A stretch of 64,000 bases of DNA from Geosiphon pyriformis uo1 (lineage: Eukaryota > Fungi > Glomeromycota). Position numbers and translations under genes: made by a program. The DNA lies in contig JAAOMT010000426.1 in the NCBI GenBank assembly GCA_016748015.1, positions 91,620 to 155,619 of the forward strand. Reading direction: 5' to 3'. Below the pieces are notes generated by a model that was not told where the DNA came from, did not search any database, and saw only the letters and a program-made list of their open reading frames with translations. Within the stretch, counting starts at the first letter, position 1. Every line of letters begins with the position of its first letter. Shown one piece after another: positions 12,790-25,338 of the stretch.

Positions 12790-13616
12790 AGCAGAATATA
12801 ACTGACCCTTTTCCAATCCAAGTGATTTGGGAAAATCAAATCAAACTTCCTTCACAAATCATTAAACGCCACCATCCTATGCTAAAAAGCGAATAGAACA
12901 TGCAACAGAATTATTTCCGCTTTTTGAAGCGTTTGCACGCTTCGCAAAGACGAGATACCCTCCCTACTTCATGGACCTTTCAGAGGTGTGATTACTTTCG
13001 CCAAATCACTTCTTGGTGGTAATTATTTTTTAATCCTTGAAATTAGCATCTTCTCACATTATTTTAAAAAGAGCATGAAAAGATTAAAAAACATTTTGAT
13101 CGATTACATTTAGAAATCAACCAAACAGTAATGGTTTTTTATGAATCCGTCACAAGTAACTTTCAAAGTGGAAGGCAAGGAAATTTTTAGCAATGACGTT
13201 CGTGTTAATGAGCTATGGTTGCAGGATCTAGAATCCATTTATTCTATTGTAAAACACGATATGAGGGTTGCTTTGAAGCTAAACTCTAAAATCAACCAAA
13301 GTTTTTTCGTCGGGCACGCCATTGGTTGAGGTTTGATAAACGTTATATTTTTACTCATTGAATTGAAAAGTAAAAACTTCTTAAATTTTAACTATTAAAC
13401 ATATTCTTTCATTTCAAATATTAGCATACGCCTCAATACTTGATTTTTCTCGATAATCTTTGGCCTGAAATTGATTTCGACGAAGTGCATGAATTTATGA
13501 ACGAAAATATCATTCATACTAGCAGCATCAATTGGAATGATCTTCAATGGAATGAGGAAATTTTAGAAACAATGTTCCCTTTGTGCTTCTCAATTTTGAA
13601 ACCAAAGAAAAAATAA
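12790..13616 (+). pseudogene. Multi-exon pseudogene or gene fragment of unknown function
   Basis: Three coding-like blocks: YAKKRIEHATELFPLFEAFARFAKTRYPPYFMDLSE ending at GT (~12986), ORF 13141-13329, and a clean 64-codon terminal exon 13425-13616 after TTAG (HTPQYLIFLDNLWPEIDFDEVHEFMNENII...KPKKK*). Joining them needs frameshifts and passage through a stop. Confidence 0.45.
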
Positions 13617-14940
13617 TACTTGTATAATGATTAGACATTATGTGTTGTGCATGAATTTTCAAAAAACTGATTACTTGTGGCAATAATCAAGTTAGAAAAT
13701 GTAAATTCAAGCCAACCAAAAACTTGGTGTTGTTCGATCAGAAAGGCAGAATTTTTGATTGAATTTTATATTTTCAGTTCACTAAAATCACTCTAAATTG
13801 TATCTACATGTATTTGACAATATTATACGTGCACAAATTTTTGAAAAGACTAAAAGATTTTACAAAGTTAAAATTTAGAGTTTTAGACAAACAATCATGA
13901 AATCATCTTTTTCTTGAGAGCTATCAATATTGTAAAATTTGGGTTTTTTCTGCCTAATATTTCTATTCAATTAAATAAAGTGGAGTATAAAGAGAGGGCA
14001 TGTTTAATTAAATATTAAACCTAAAATACTTGATTCAAAATAAGCATGGTAACTGTTGCACATTAACCATAACTTAAATATTTTGATACCTGTTGACCAC
14101 ATGGTTTTATTTAAGGTTAAGTGATAATGTTAATTTTCAATTACTAATTCAACATTAATAATAAAAAGAGAATATTGCTCAATAATCAAATTTATCACCA
14201 AAAGCTTGCCTGTTTCACGCTCCCGTTTTTCATATGTAACACCTTTTGTTATAAAATCATTGATTTGTAATTTAATTTCTCGGAGTCTATTTTATCCTCA
14301 AGGCTTTCAATTGATCCGTAATAAACCAAATTTTCTAAATTAAAATTTTTTTTATTCAAGAAACTTCCAAATTCAAAATAAGAACCTTTTCTCTTGATTT
14401 ATGGAGTCATCCAAAAGGACTTCATATTAAGGTATGTGATCTGCTCAATAACTAATTTTAGGACAGCAATTAAAAAAATCCTTTATAAATTGTTAAGATG
14501 GCGTTTCTGAAAAAAACATATTATTCCCTCATGACTTTTATGCAATTAGGAATTTTCAAAAACGCTTACAAGACAATATTACTTTCTGTAATACGGTAAT
14601 TTAGTTACGCAATTGACTAAGCCAATTTGTACAGAGAAAATTGAAATTATGTTTCAAGGTTCCTTGAAACATTGTTTAACGTGTAACATAAATTACTCCA
14701 AGTAAACCAAACTTTTTTAATTCAAAAAAATTAAAAAATCCCATTTTTTGTTTTTACTTCATTAATTTTACATGGAAAATTAATGATAAGATTAACAATT
14801 TATGTATATCAAGTAAATTTTTTGACTAAATAATTGGTCAAAAATATGATTTTTTAAACCAATAATTTTGATCCAAGCTTTTGAATCAAACCGTCCGAGT
14901 ATTTTTAATTTTAGAAATTTTATTTAATCAAGTGACTCAT

Positions 14941-15208
14941 TAAACGATATTGCTGACCTCATTACCAGATCAGGAGTAATTTGTACTAGATCTTTCGAAT
15001 CAATAAAAACATTTACGTGAAAAAAAAACTTGAGTGAAAAAAACTAAATCTCACTATTGATTGATCTCATTTGATTAATTAAAATTTAATTAAACGATGT
15101 TGCTGCTGACCTCATTATTTTTCAATCGAACCGAGAGACGATATCGGGAATAAAAACATTTTACGTAAAAAAAACTCAAGTGAAAAAAAAAAACTAAACC
15201 TCACTATG
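14941..15208. repeat. Tandem duplication with ~150 bp period
   Basis: TAAACGAT(A/G)TTGCTG..ACCTCATTA...AATAAAAACATTT(T)ACGT(G/A)AAAAAAAACT(TG/CA)AGTGAAAAAAA..CTAAA(T/C)CTCACTAT occurs at 14941-15058 and 15091-15208. Confidence 0.75.
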
Positions 15209-17081
15209 TTATCCGACATCAAAGAGTCTGGAAAAACGGGAACATTTATAGCCTGTGAGGAAGTACATATCGGTTGCAGTAATAATGTTCCAACAAGACG
15301 CAACCGAGTTGATAAAATCAATGAACAACCAAACATATATTAGAATTATTGTATTTTAGAGCTTTATCATCAATTATGATGCTTTGTTGGCGATGTCCAT
15401 ATTCCATCTTCACAAAAGATGAGAATTACATAGGATAGTTGCATTTATGTTTAACAACCTATAAGTTTATTTATTTTATAATATGTTATTTATTATACAT
15501 GAATTTGTGATTTACACATATAATTATTATAGAAAAGCATTGTGATTTGTTTATTTATCCAATTGCTTATCCATTCAATGGATGCCGAAAATAATATAAA
15601 TCGTGCCAATTCAGGTTCTAAAACAAGACTAGATCTTTTTTGTGGAGTGGATTATATATCAATTTTAAGCTTAGAGTTTGAGCCACTGGGGTGTACACTA
15701 TTACAACAGAAGAAAGATAGATTGAAAGTTCAGCTAAAAACCCAAAAATCAATCAATCAGCAATTAGAAAGTAAGGGAGATCCAGGTGAAGCTCTAATAT
15801 TTCTAAATATGGGTATGTATGCTTGCAATAAATTACAAAAAAATTTATTATTTTTTTAAGGTACTAAATTATGTTTCTATCTTAAACAAATGATTTAATG
15901 GATCATTCTTTATAGATCTGAATTATAATGAAGTGTACCATTCCTGGCCATTTTATATAAAAAAACTGGTAATGATAAGACTATGATCCCCATAATAATT
16001 TATTAATTATTATATTTTGTCATTTCATTTTGAAATGTTAACAATTATTAACAGTTTTTAATAAAAATAAAAAATATGTTTATTTTATAAAAACCTTTTT
16101 TTATTAATTATTTTATAAAAACTTTTTTATTAAATATTATTATTATTTAAATTATTAAAATTTTTATTGTTACAATTAAATCAATGAATTAAAATTTCAT
16201 TTGTAATAATTGAATAAAGTAAGATATAGAGGCAATACATAAAATTAAGATAAATTAAATATAATAATAAAATAATAAATAATAAAAATATGAATTTTTT
16301 TTTACTGAATTAAAATTGTTAATTTGACTAATTGGGTTTTTATTTATTTTTTAACTTAGTCTTTAAATATTGTTGAAAAATATTCATATTTAAAAGATTA
16401 AAATAAATAATAGCTGAAATAAAAATAAAAAAAATGTGATGAAAATTTTTTTAATAGATTTATAATCCTTTCAAAAAAAAAACTATAAATGATATATAAG
16501 TATATATATTTTTAAATAATTTTTAATAATTCTAAAAACAAAATAAATAAATAAATGGAATTCGGCCGAAATTTAAACCTGTAAATTTTTAATTCGGAAA
16601 TTCCTTGTCACAAGATGTATACGGATTCGGATAAAGATTACCCAGTTTTTAATAAAAAATATTTTAACTATTACAACAAATATACCCCGTGTTGCGGGGA
16701 AGAGTACAGAGGATCAGAGATGTTCACCACTTACACTCAGCAGGCAAGCTTATTTTCCCTTTATTGTATGACAAAACGGTAAAAAGGAAAACATATTTAA
16801 AATTCAAATTATCAGAAAATTAACAAAATACCACTCTAATTTTAGGAATTGAAAATTATGGCTAAAAAAGTAACGATAAAAGCCATGTTCTTTGTCTGTC
16901 TAGACTCAATAAATTCTGCCATACGTATTGCAACGTAGTAATTCCCAAGAATCTTGTGTGCATTTTGCATTGCATGAATAACAAAATGGTTGAGTGCGAC
17001 TTTACGTAGTTTGTGAATTATCAAGATTTCCCCAAGTAGATGTTTGAGCTAACTATACAAGATTTAGGTTTGAGCGGTTTT

Positions 17082-17094
17082 TATAAATAGGGAG
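17082..17094 (+). promoter_or_regulatory. Candidate TATA box of member 1
   Basis: TATAAATAGGGAG ~120 nt upstream of the ATG. A similar TATAAATGGGAG lies upstream of member 6. Confidence 0.5.
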
Positions 17095-17202
17095 TAAAGT
17101 CGAATCATTTGAAAAAATTTTCATTGCTAAAAAAGCTTCAAAACAAATAACGCTATCATTTAATTCAACACCACAACAATAAATATTATTTTTTCAACAA
17201 AA

Positions 17203-17967
17203 ATGAATTCCTTTGACCAACATTCAGTTTCAAATCAACAACAACAAACAAAATACTTCAATTCCTTTAAACCTAAACAAGAAAATTTAAGAAACGAAAC
17301 CATCCTAATGGTTGAAAGTATGTTAAAATCAAAACCACAAAATGAACAGATTGAAGTCAAAACAAAATACCATAACAACAAAAAGCAACTGGAAATTCAT
17401 CAACAAACTTCTTTAGGATTCTCAAATCAAATTTTAGTTACATCATTTCTTAATGAGCCTGACACAATATTCTATGATGAACCAGAGGAAATTGGTGGTG
17501 ATTATCTTCTTAGTCATATCGAATACCCTTGTTCTCGATTTTCCTTTGACTCGCATGCATCATTATTCAGCGGAAGTCAAGCTAGTAGTTTTAGTGATGA
17601 CTCATTCGACGACGACACAATAGAAAAGCAATATGAGGAGCTGTTTCGCTTTAAAGATGAAACGTCATATTTTTCTTGTGATTCAAGTGATAGTGAAGAG
17701 GAAGAGGAAGAGGAAGAGGAAGAATATGAATGTGAGAAGACCCAAAACTCAAGAAATGAAGTAAAAAAAGAGGAGGAGGAGGAGGAGGAGGAGGAGGAAG
17801 AAGATTATTTTGGGATAGAAGATGAAACGTTCCAAGATCTGATATATTACGCTACAGATATTTTAAATAATTACTTGGATGAGCAGCATGAGAAAGAAAA
17901 AAAGAGAGAAAAACGTTTAATACAACCAGCTATTATTAGGGAATCCAAATTTTATGATTTTATTTAG
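17203..17967 (+). CDS. Cluster family member 1 (254 aa), acidic-tail class, motifs A and B only partly retained
   Basis: Intact ORF with CAACAAAA-ATG context and TATAAATAGGGAG at 17082. Keeps LRNET (start of motif A) and TSLGFS (start of motif B). The tail aligns with the 18736-19521 protein (IFxxEPxE, FSxDS, SYFS, acidic run, IxYxxxILN). Confidence 0.85.
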   Translation: MNSFDQHSVSNQQQQTKYFNSFKPKQENLRNETILMVESMLKSKPQNEQIEVKTKYHNNKKQLEIHQQTSLGFSNQILVTSFLNEPDTIFYDEPEEIGGDYLLSHIEYPCSRFSFDSHASLFSGSQASSFSDDSFDDDTIEKQYEELFRFKDETSYFSCDSSDSEEEEEEEEEEYECEKTQNSRNEVKKEEEEEEEEEEEDYFGIEDETFQDLIYYATDILNNYLDEQHEKEKKREKRLIQPAIIRESKFYDFI

Positions 17968-18735
17968 TTTTCAATTGACTCTTTTAATAGAGCAGCTGTA
18001 AATATATATATATTTATATTCATGAACTATAAATCTGAAACTTTAGAAATCTATAAATTGTCAACGAAATCCAAATCGCCGAATTTTTTTCTTTCTCAAA
18101 AATATCGATTTCTTTCTTCAGTACTTAATCTGTAAAAATTTTAATTGAAAAGTACTTTTAATTAATCAAACGAGATCAAAAAAGACTTTGATTATCAAAT
18201 ATTTTATCATAAGTAAAAGCTATAACTTGTTCATGGTTTTAATAATGGCAAAAAACCATACAAAAATTGAAACATTTTTCAAAAGAAAATTCGTATCCCA
18301 ATCCTAAATAAAATCTTGAAAACTATAAAATAAATTTTCAGGTCAAACCATATATTATGCTTTTAACTAAGAATAGGCAGGCTTTTATATATTTTATTAC
18401 TATACTTGGTTTTCCAACGGAACAAAGTATAATAATAATAATAATAATAATAACAAACAAATTAATTCAATTTTTGGAATTAGGCACTCAAAAAAATTTA
18501 TATTTTTAACACAATACAGAAACAAAATTTTATTGGACTTCACGCTTACAAATGTTCTTTCTAAAATCTATACAACATCTAAAAGGTACTCTAACATCAT
18601 CCTTAAAAAGATGTAATTGTAAACTATATTAACTTTAATATTTACTTATATATACAATGTTTTTGATAGATAAAAATTGTCTTTTAGCCTTTTGTAGTGA
18701 CTCGTCTAATAAAAGTTGAATTTGATTGATTTTTT

Positions 18736-18850
18736 TTAAATTTTATTATTTTCAGTAAAATCATTTAAAATCTCAGCCGTGTAGGATATTACATTATTAG
18801 TAAATTCATTTCTGATTATTACATCAGCATTGCTCTCATTTTTATCTTTC

Positions 18851-18900
<50 letters not shown>

Positions 18901-19521
18901 GTCGTCATTTTCCTCGTTCGATTTAGTATTATCGCTAAAATAAGAATCTTCCCAAAACTCGAGTCTTTCATTCTCTCCTATCGTTTCATTGTAATCGCTT
19001 AAACAAGAATCCGTTGAAAATTCTCTTTTCTCAAAAGGGGAGCTGGAAAAATATTCAAAATCAGAATCATCAAATTCTTTTGGCTCTTCGCAAAAAATGG
19101 CTTCCGAATTCTTAAAGAATGGTTCTCTTATCGCTGTTATTGTAGTAGAATCTAGTGGATTTTCAAGATTTTGATAGTTTGAATTGAAATTACTTTCTTC
19201 AAGACGAAGTTGTGAAAAAAAACTGGAAAAACCAAGTGAATCAGATCTTTTGGTTTGAGGAATAGTTGTTTTGCTATTTTTGATGTTGTTATTGGTAGTA
19301 ATATGATGATTTTTAGATTTTTTCAAATCTTCTAATCGTCGTTTTTCTTGATTTTCATGTTCAATACGAAGTACGTCAAATAATAAGGAAACTGCTTCAT
19401 TCTTGATTAATTCTTTGCCAATAGTTTCCTCACGATGTTCAGTAAAATCTAAGCGAGAGTTTGATAATTTTTTGGTGAAGTTTTGTGATTGAAATGGTGA
19501 AACTGTCATTGTGAAAGACAT
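18736..19521 (-). CDS. Cluster family member 2 (261 aa), acidic-tail class
   Basis: Intact ORF with TTCAAAA-ATG-TCT start. Motif A IKNEAVSLLFDVLRIEHE, motif B SDSLGFSSFFSQLRLEE, poly-Asp tract. Confidence 0.9.
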
Positions 19522-19695
19522 TTTTGAAACGGTAAATTTTTTGAGTGATTTGAAGTTTTTAATTATTATTATTGTTGTTGTTGTTGGTGTTTGTAGTTTG
19601 TCAAAAGAATTCTTAAAAAAAATAAGTTTAATCTGTTTGTTTTAAATCTTTTTTGAAAGCGTATGTTTTATTTGAATTTTCTCAACACAAAGTTT

Positions 19696-19722
19696 CAAAA
19701 AAAAAACCCCCTGCCTTTATAT
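19696..19722 (-). promoter_or_regulatory. Candidate core promoter of member 2
   Basis: Minus strand ATATAAAGGCAGGGGG-T10-GAA. The same TATA...GG-T10-GAA layout occurs upstream of member 6 (41201-41242). Confidence 0.45.
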
Positions 19723-19982
19723 CTATTCAAATTTTATCACTCCAAACGAAAAATACTGTGCCACCATTCGTGCACTGTTAATAATAAAGACTCCCTATTC
19801 CACATAAAGCAAAGCATTAATTGGATGCAAACACTCGAATTCGGTATAGAAGTTCTATTATTAGATTGTGTGAACCTAATTTTAAATGATCAATTTTTTA
19901 TTTAATTTCCAGATTTTCAAGTTGCATTTTTTAGGCCCCTATTTTTAAACTAATTGAAACAGTCTTTTTTTAAACAGAAACA

Positions 19983-20003
19983 TATTATTATTATTATTAT
20001 TAC

Positions 20004-20060
<57 letters not shown>
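19983..20060. repeat. (ATT)n microsatellite
   Basis: Directly visible. Confidence 0.95.
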
Positions 20061-21817
20061 GGATAAATTTCTGTACCGTGAGATAGAATTGATATATTCA
20101 AGGTTAAATTTAAATCATTTGATCTGATCCCAACCGTTTATGATTACAAGAATCATTGAAAATAGTAAAGATGAAATTAAATTGATTTCAAAAAGTGATA
20201 TTTTCATGAATTATTTTTATAACTTGAAAAAAGCCTTAACCATTTCGAATAATGGGACAAGTTGTCATATATTTATCAATCAAATTGAAGCTTCATTTTG
20301 TTTTGTTTTGTTTTTTTTTTCTTAAAAGATTTACAAAAATTACGAGTAAGTGTGATTGTGAAACCTTTTAGAAATAATGAACATTTAGAATTCTTAAAAA
20401 AAATGAGGAATGGTAAACAAACTGATATTAAGCTTTTTCTTGGAGTTATAAGAAATTTTCCAAACATAAAAAAAATAAATATATATATATATATTTTTCA
20501 TTTATAATGTTTGTTCCTAGGGAAATCCATAAAAACGTCTATTTTTTTATGACAAGAAAAAAAGCATTTTTCATTCTTATTTCGTAAACAAGAGAACGAA
20601 AATCTTAACAGAAGTTTAAGTTTAGTAATCACAGGACACAGAATATAATTTCTTTACCTTGAATCTAGAATAGCTATTTTTATTTTTTGTTTTAATAATT
20701 CAAAAAAAATAAAATGAAGTAAATTATTAATATGAAAACTTTAATCCTTTATTTACACTTTTCAAGAAGTTATTAATAAATAAGAAAAAGTCATCAGTTT
20801 ATGAAATTTTTTTTTTGTATACATTCTTTTTATTATTATTCATGAAGCGTTTACAAATTTTTAATCATCAAGTCTGGTAATAAATGTGTCAAGCAAGTTA
20901 TCACAACCACAAAGAATTTATATTCTAAAATTTGTTTTTCTGGGGTGGGAGGGAGAATAAATCGATCGATAAATTATTAAATAATTATTTCTGAATAATC
21001 ATTTTTTTTACCTTTTCAAATTCTACGCAAAATGTTTTGTAAAATAAAAATTTGATAAAAAATCCTGCTTTTAGCTCCTTATTAAACATTTAACCAATAG
21101 TAATTTTTTTAATCATTATTACTAATAAAGTTTTTCTAATTCAAAATTAATGAAAAAATATTTGATTGGATTAATTTAAAATTTTAAATCATATGTAAAA
21201 ATGAAATGTTCTATTTATTTTGTTTGAGAAGGAAATTTTAATAATTTCCAAAAAAAATTTGTACATTTACGAATACCATTCGTCTAAATGAATGATTGGA
21301 ATGATATAATGATTGAATGAATGAATGATATAATGATTGGAATGATTTAATTATTGAATGATTTAATTATGATTGAATTGAATTTACCCGAAACCTGTAT
21401 ATTTTCCTTAAATCACATTTTCTACCCATTTGGAATGTAATACATTATGCAGGAATTTTATTGCATGCATCAAATTCATGGAGCCTATATTCCTTCAAAC
21501 GCTTAGCATTTCCCAAATAGCTTACTAAGCCTCTTGAATAATTTTCAGTACATCTGAAAATGACTTGCAATTAATTCTTACCCATAGATTCTGCAGTTTT
21601 TTTCAGTGTGGAATACTCTTTTCTTTTTTTTTTGTTTCTAGAAACGTTTGGTTACTTTTTCCAAATTTCCATTTTTAGTGAAAGGGATGATTATTATTAA
21701 AAAAAGAAAATTAGAAGTTATTTTTTTTTGGTCATTAATTAATTAAATTAAGAATAAAATGAGTTTAGCCATTGTTTTATTTTAAGGTTTTGACCAATTT
21801 TTTCATTTTAGTCGTAT

Positions 21818-21819
<2 letters not shown>

Positions 21820-21880
<61 letters not shown>
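21820..21880. repeat. Poly-T tract (61 nt)
   Basis: Directly visible. Confidence 0.95.
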
Positions 21881-22669
21881 CCAAAGATTATCCCAAAAAT
21901 TTATTTTTGAACCCTTTTTTCTTCTCTCAGCCTCATTTCTTGAATTTCTACAATATTTACTTAACAGTACATAAAATGTGGATTTAAAAGAGATATTATG
22001 TTTGATTTTTGATTTGTTTTTAACCTAATAAGATTCTATTGCTTTGTTGATTCTTTATTTCCTAAGGAAAATAGGAAAATTCTGTAATGATAATTGTCAT
22101 GAAAAAAATACATTCCAAGTTAAAATTTTGGTTAACTCAGATCCGTCTCAATATTTTCAAATAAATAATAATAATAATAATAATAATATTTGTGAACCCT
22201 TTAGCGTTTGAAATTTCTAATTTGATCATATATTTCAACAACTATTGATGGCCGAGAGAACTTGAATCCGATTCCTAAACAAGTATACTGAATCATATAA
22301 AAAATTGGAAATTCATAAAATTTTGTATTCCTACTTTTGAGAACTTTCAATTATCATGTTCGGTTAGCTTGCTACGGAAGATCTTTATAACTCTTGGAAT
22401 CAATAAAAGCTTATTAAGACCATTTCTCAAATGAATGTCTATCAATTGAATCTTTTGATTGGATAATCGGTCTTTGCTTACCGCTAATTATTGTACATAA
22501 TTTTGATATAAATATGATGCGATACTCTACGTTTGCTACTTTATCAAACCTCGTCTCTTTTAAAGAAAGAAAGAAACAAACAAACAAACAAAAACTTTTC
22601 TTGAAATTCTATTTTACCAAAATTTTTGAAATTATCAAGTCAATTTAATTAAAACCAACTTATCTGAAA

Positions 22670-23035
22670 ATGTCTACTAAAACATTCAACACAAATTCAT
22701 ATTCAAACAAAAAACAAATTGAAGCCATGCCACAAATTTATTTTGAAAATGATTGGAGCAACCTTGCAAAAACGGTGGTTCGAAACGAAATCATTTCTTT
22801 ATTACTCGATGCTATGACAAACGAATTTGAAGATATGGATTTACTGGTGAAAGACCAAAAATTCCATAATAATAATAATAATAGTAATAATAATGATGAT
22901 GATGATGACGAGTTAATAGGGAAAACATCCTACCCACAAAATTCATTAGGATTATGCTTTACGAATTTCTTTCAAGATCTTCGAACCGAAGAAAAACGAA
23001 TAGAATTATTGTCCAAGGGGCAAATTGAGAAATAA
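22670..23035 (+). CDS. Cluster family member 3 (121 aa), minimal class
   Basis: GAAA-ATG-TCT start. Motif A VRNEIISLLLDAMTNEFE, motif B QNSLGLCFTNFFQDLRTEEKR. The protein ends ~10 aa after motif B. Confidence 0.9.
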   Translation: MSTKTFNTNSYSNKKQIEAMPQIYFENDWSNLAKTVVRNEIISLLLDAMTNEFEDMDLLVKDQKFHNNNNNSNNNDDDDDELIGKTSYPQNSLGLCFTNFFQDLRTEEKRIELLSKGQIEK

Positions 23036-25250
23036 GAAATGAGAAATGACCATTAAAACAGTGTAAAAATATTTAGTTATTTTTACAATATAAAAGAAAT
23101 TTCTCTTTAATTAAAATAAGGATATTAGTCTTTCCTAATAAAAATTCTTTTGAACTTCTTCTTAATGTAAACCCAATAATGTATAGATTTGATAAAAATA
23201 AGATATTTAAACTTAACATCATTATATCACAGATATTTGTAAAATAATCCATTAAAAAAACTCAATCTAATTTTATAAGATGTGCTTATAGTTTATAGAC
23301 ATTTAATAAAATAAATTATTTTTTTCAAAATTGAAATAAAGAGCTGCTCTAAAAAAATTTTTTAATTCCAAACTGATTGACATGGTGGAAATAGTCCGAG
23401 TTTTTATGTGCCTTTTTATTTGACACAAGTTTCTTCTATTTATTAAAGAGAAAAATGAAATTTTCCCTCTTAAAACTAATCTCTTTGGATCAAGAGAAAC
23501 TATCACTATAAAAGGTCCAATCATTAAAAGGTCTAAATGAATCAGACCAATACTTAAAATGTCGTACGGTCAAAAAAGTTTAAATGTGAAGCATATTATT
23601 TATATATTATGTATTAGCTTCAAATAGGCTTTAAATAAAGAAAATGGAAAGTTCTATTGGATTAATAACATTTACCGAAATTCTCTCTACTCAAATCACA
23701 TAATTTTTTCAAAATACAATAATTTGATTTGGTGATATTTTATACCAATAATAAAAGAATATTCTAATGGATCAACATTATGATAACATAATTTCTAATT
23801 CTGGTTCATGGAACTTTAGTAAAAATTTTGAATCAAAATAAGAAAAAAAAAACAAAAAAAAAAGATTTATTTTTTGGTATATTAAAGCTTTAACGTCAAA
23901 CGATTATTAATAATTCAAGGTTTTTAAGTTAATAAAATTTGGTGATGTTAACTAAAAATAATAATAAGAAAAGGTAAGATTATTTAATGCTTATTTTTCA
24001 AGCTTACTTATCTTTCTTTAACAAATCAAGAAGGGAAACTAAAATTTACCATAAATGATATAGCCTATCGAAAAAAGCGAAATCTTGTTTTGGGCTTATT
24101 ATTTGCTTATTTTTATCTTTTGGATTATTTTTCAAATTTCACAAGAAAAAAAAATCTCAAAGAAAAAAAATCAATTGATTAAATTTGAGAAAACTTTATG
24201 TATAAATGGTGATGGTCTAAACTTTTAAAATATTAAATAATTGTCAGGGTATTAATATTGAAATATTTTTATTGATAGTGGAAAATACTTTAACATAAGA
24301 AGCATTACATACCCATCTAATCTAATCTGATCAAATAATTTTATTAACTAGAATTACTTTTATGAATTATGATATACAAAAATCAAGTTTTTCAAAGAGT
24401 TCCCATGTGTTCTTTATTAAAGTTCTATTCGAAAAATTTCTGAATGATTTAAAAAAGCTATGCTCAAAAGATAAAAGATCAGATGATGATGATGATAATG
24501 ATGATGATGATCATGTGCGTAAATTTCTCATTTTTAAACAATTATTAAACCCGATTCGTTTTTATTTGTGACAATAACACTCCACAGCCGAGTATATTAG
24601 TTAACAGAATAAATAATAAATTTGATTATATATACTTTTTTAAAGTGAAAAGTAATTAACTGCTTAACTGTGTCAAAAATGATTTATTATCATCTTTTTT
24701 AGATTTGGATCATAAGAATATTATTATTCTGATAATGTTTAAAAGCGAAATAAATGTCCTGCCCCTTCTAATAATATTCTAATTAATGATCTAGAAAAAG
24801 ACATTAATTTTTCGATGTTTAATGAATTTTATTTATGTGTGAACCTAAAATATGTAAACGTATCAAAATCATCTTCAAATTTAGGAAAACCGTTTAATAA
24901 TATTTAATTATTTTCTTTTTATTCTTTAAAAAGATCTTTTTATCAATAATAAAAGTTTGAATATCATTGTGAGGATATCATGAGTTTCAAAATTTTCCCC
25001 TAAATAGAGTTAAAAGATTTGATGTTCCTTTTTTTGAATTATTTGGCCTCAATTTCCATCTCAAAAAAAGTGACATATGGATATTTTAATTCTCAAGTAT
25101 TGACTATTTAAAATTTTATTCTAAAACAAATTCCAGATTAAGTTAAAATTTTTTTCTATGAATGGTTATTCGACCAATTTTGTCTAGCAAAATTTAACAT
25201 TCAAAAAGACAAAATATATGAAACTATAAAGGAACTCATTTAGAGGGGGA

Positions 25251-25338
25251 GGAAGGAAGGAAGGAAGGAAGGAAGGAAGGAAGGAAGGAAGGAAGGAAGG
25301 AAGGAAGGAAGGAAGGAAGGAAGGGAGGGAGGGAGGAA
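25251..25338. repeat. (GGAA)n/(GGGA)n purine microsatellite
   Basis: Directly visible, ~740 nt upstream of member 4. Confidence 0.95.
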
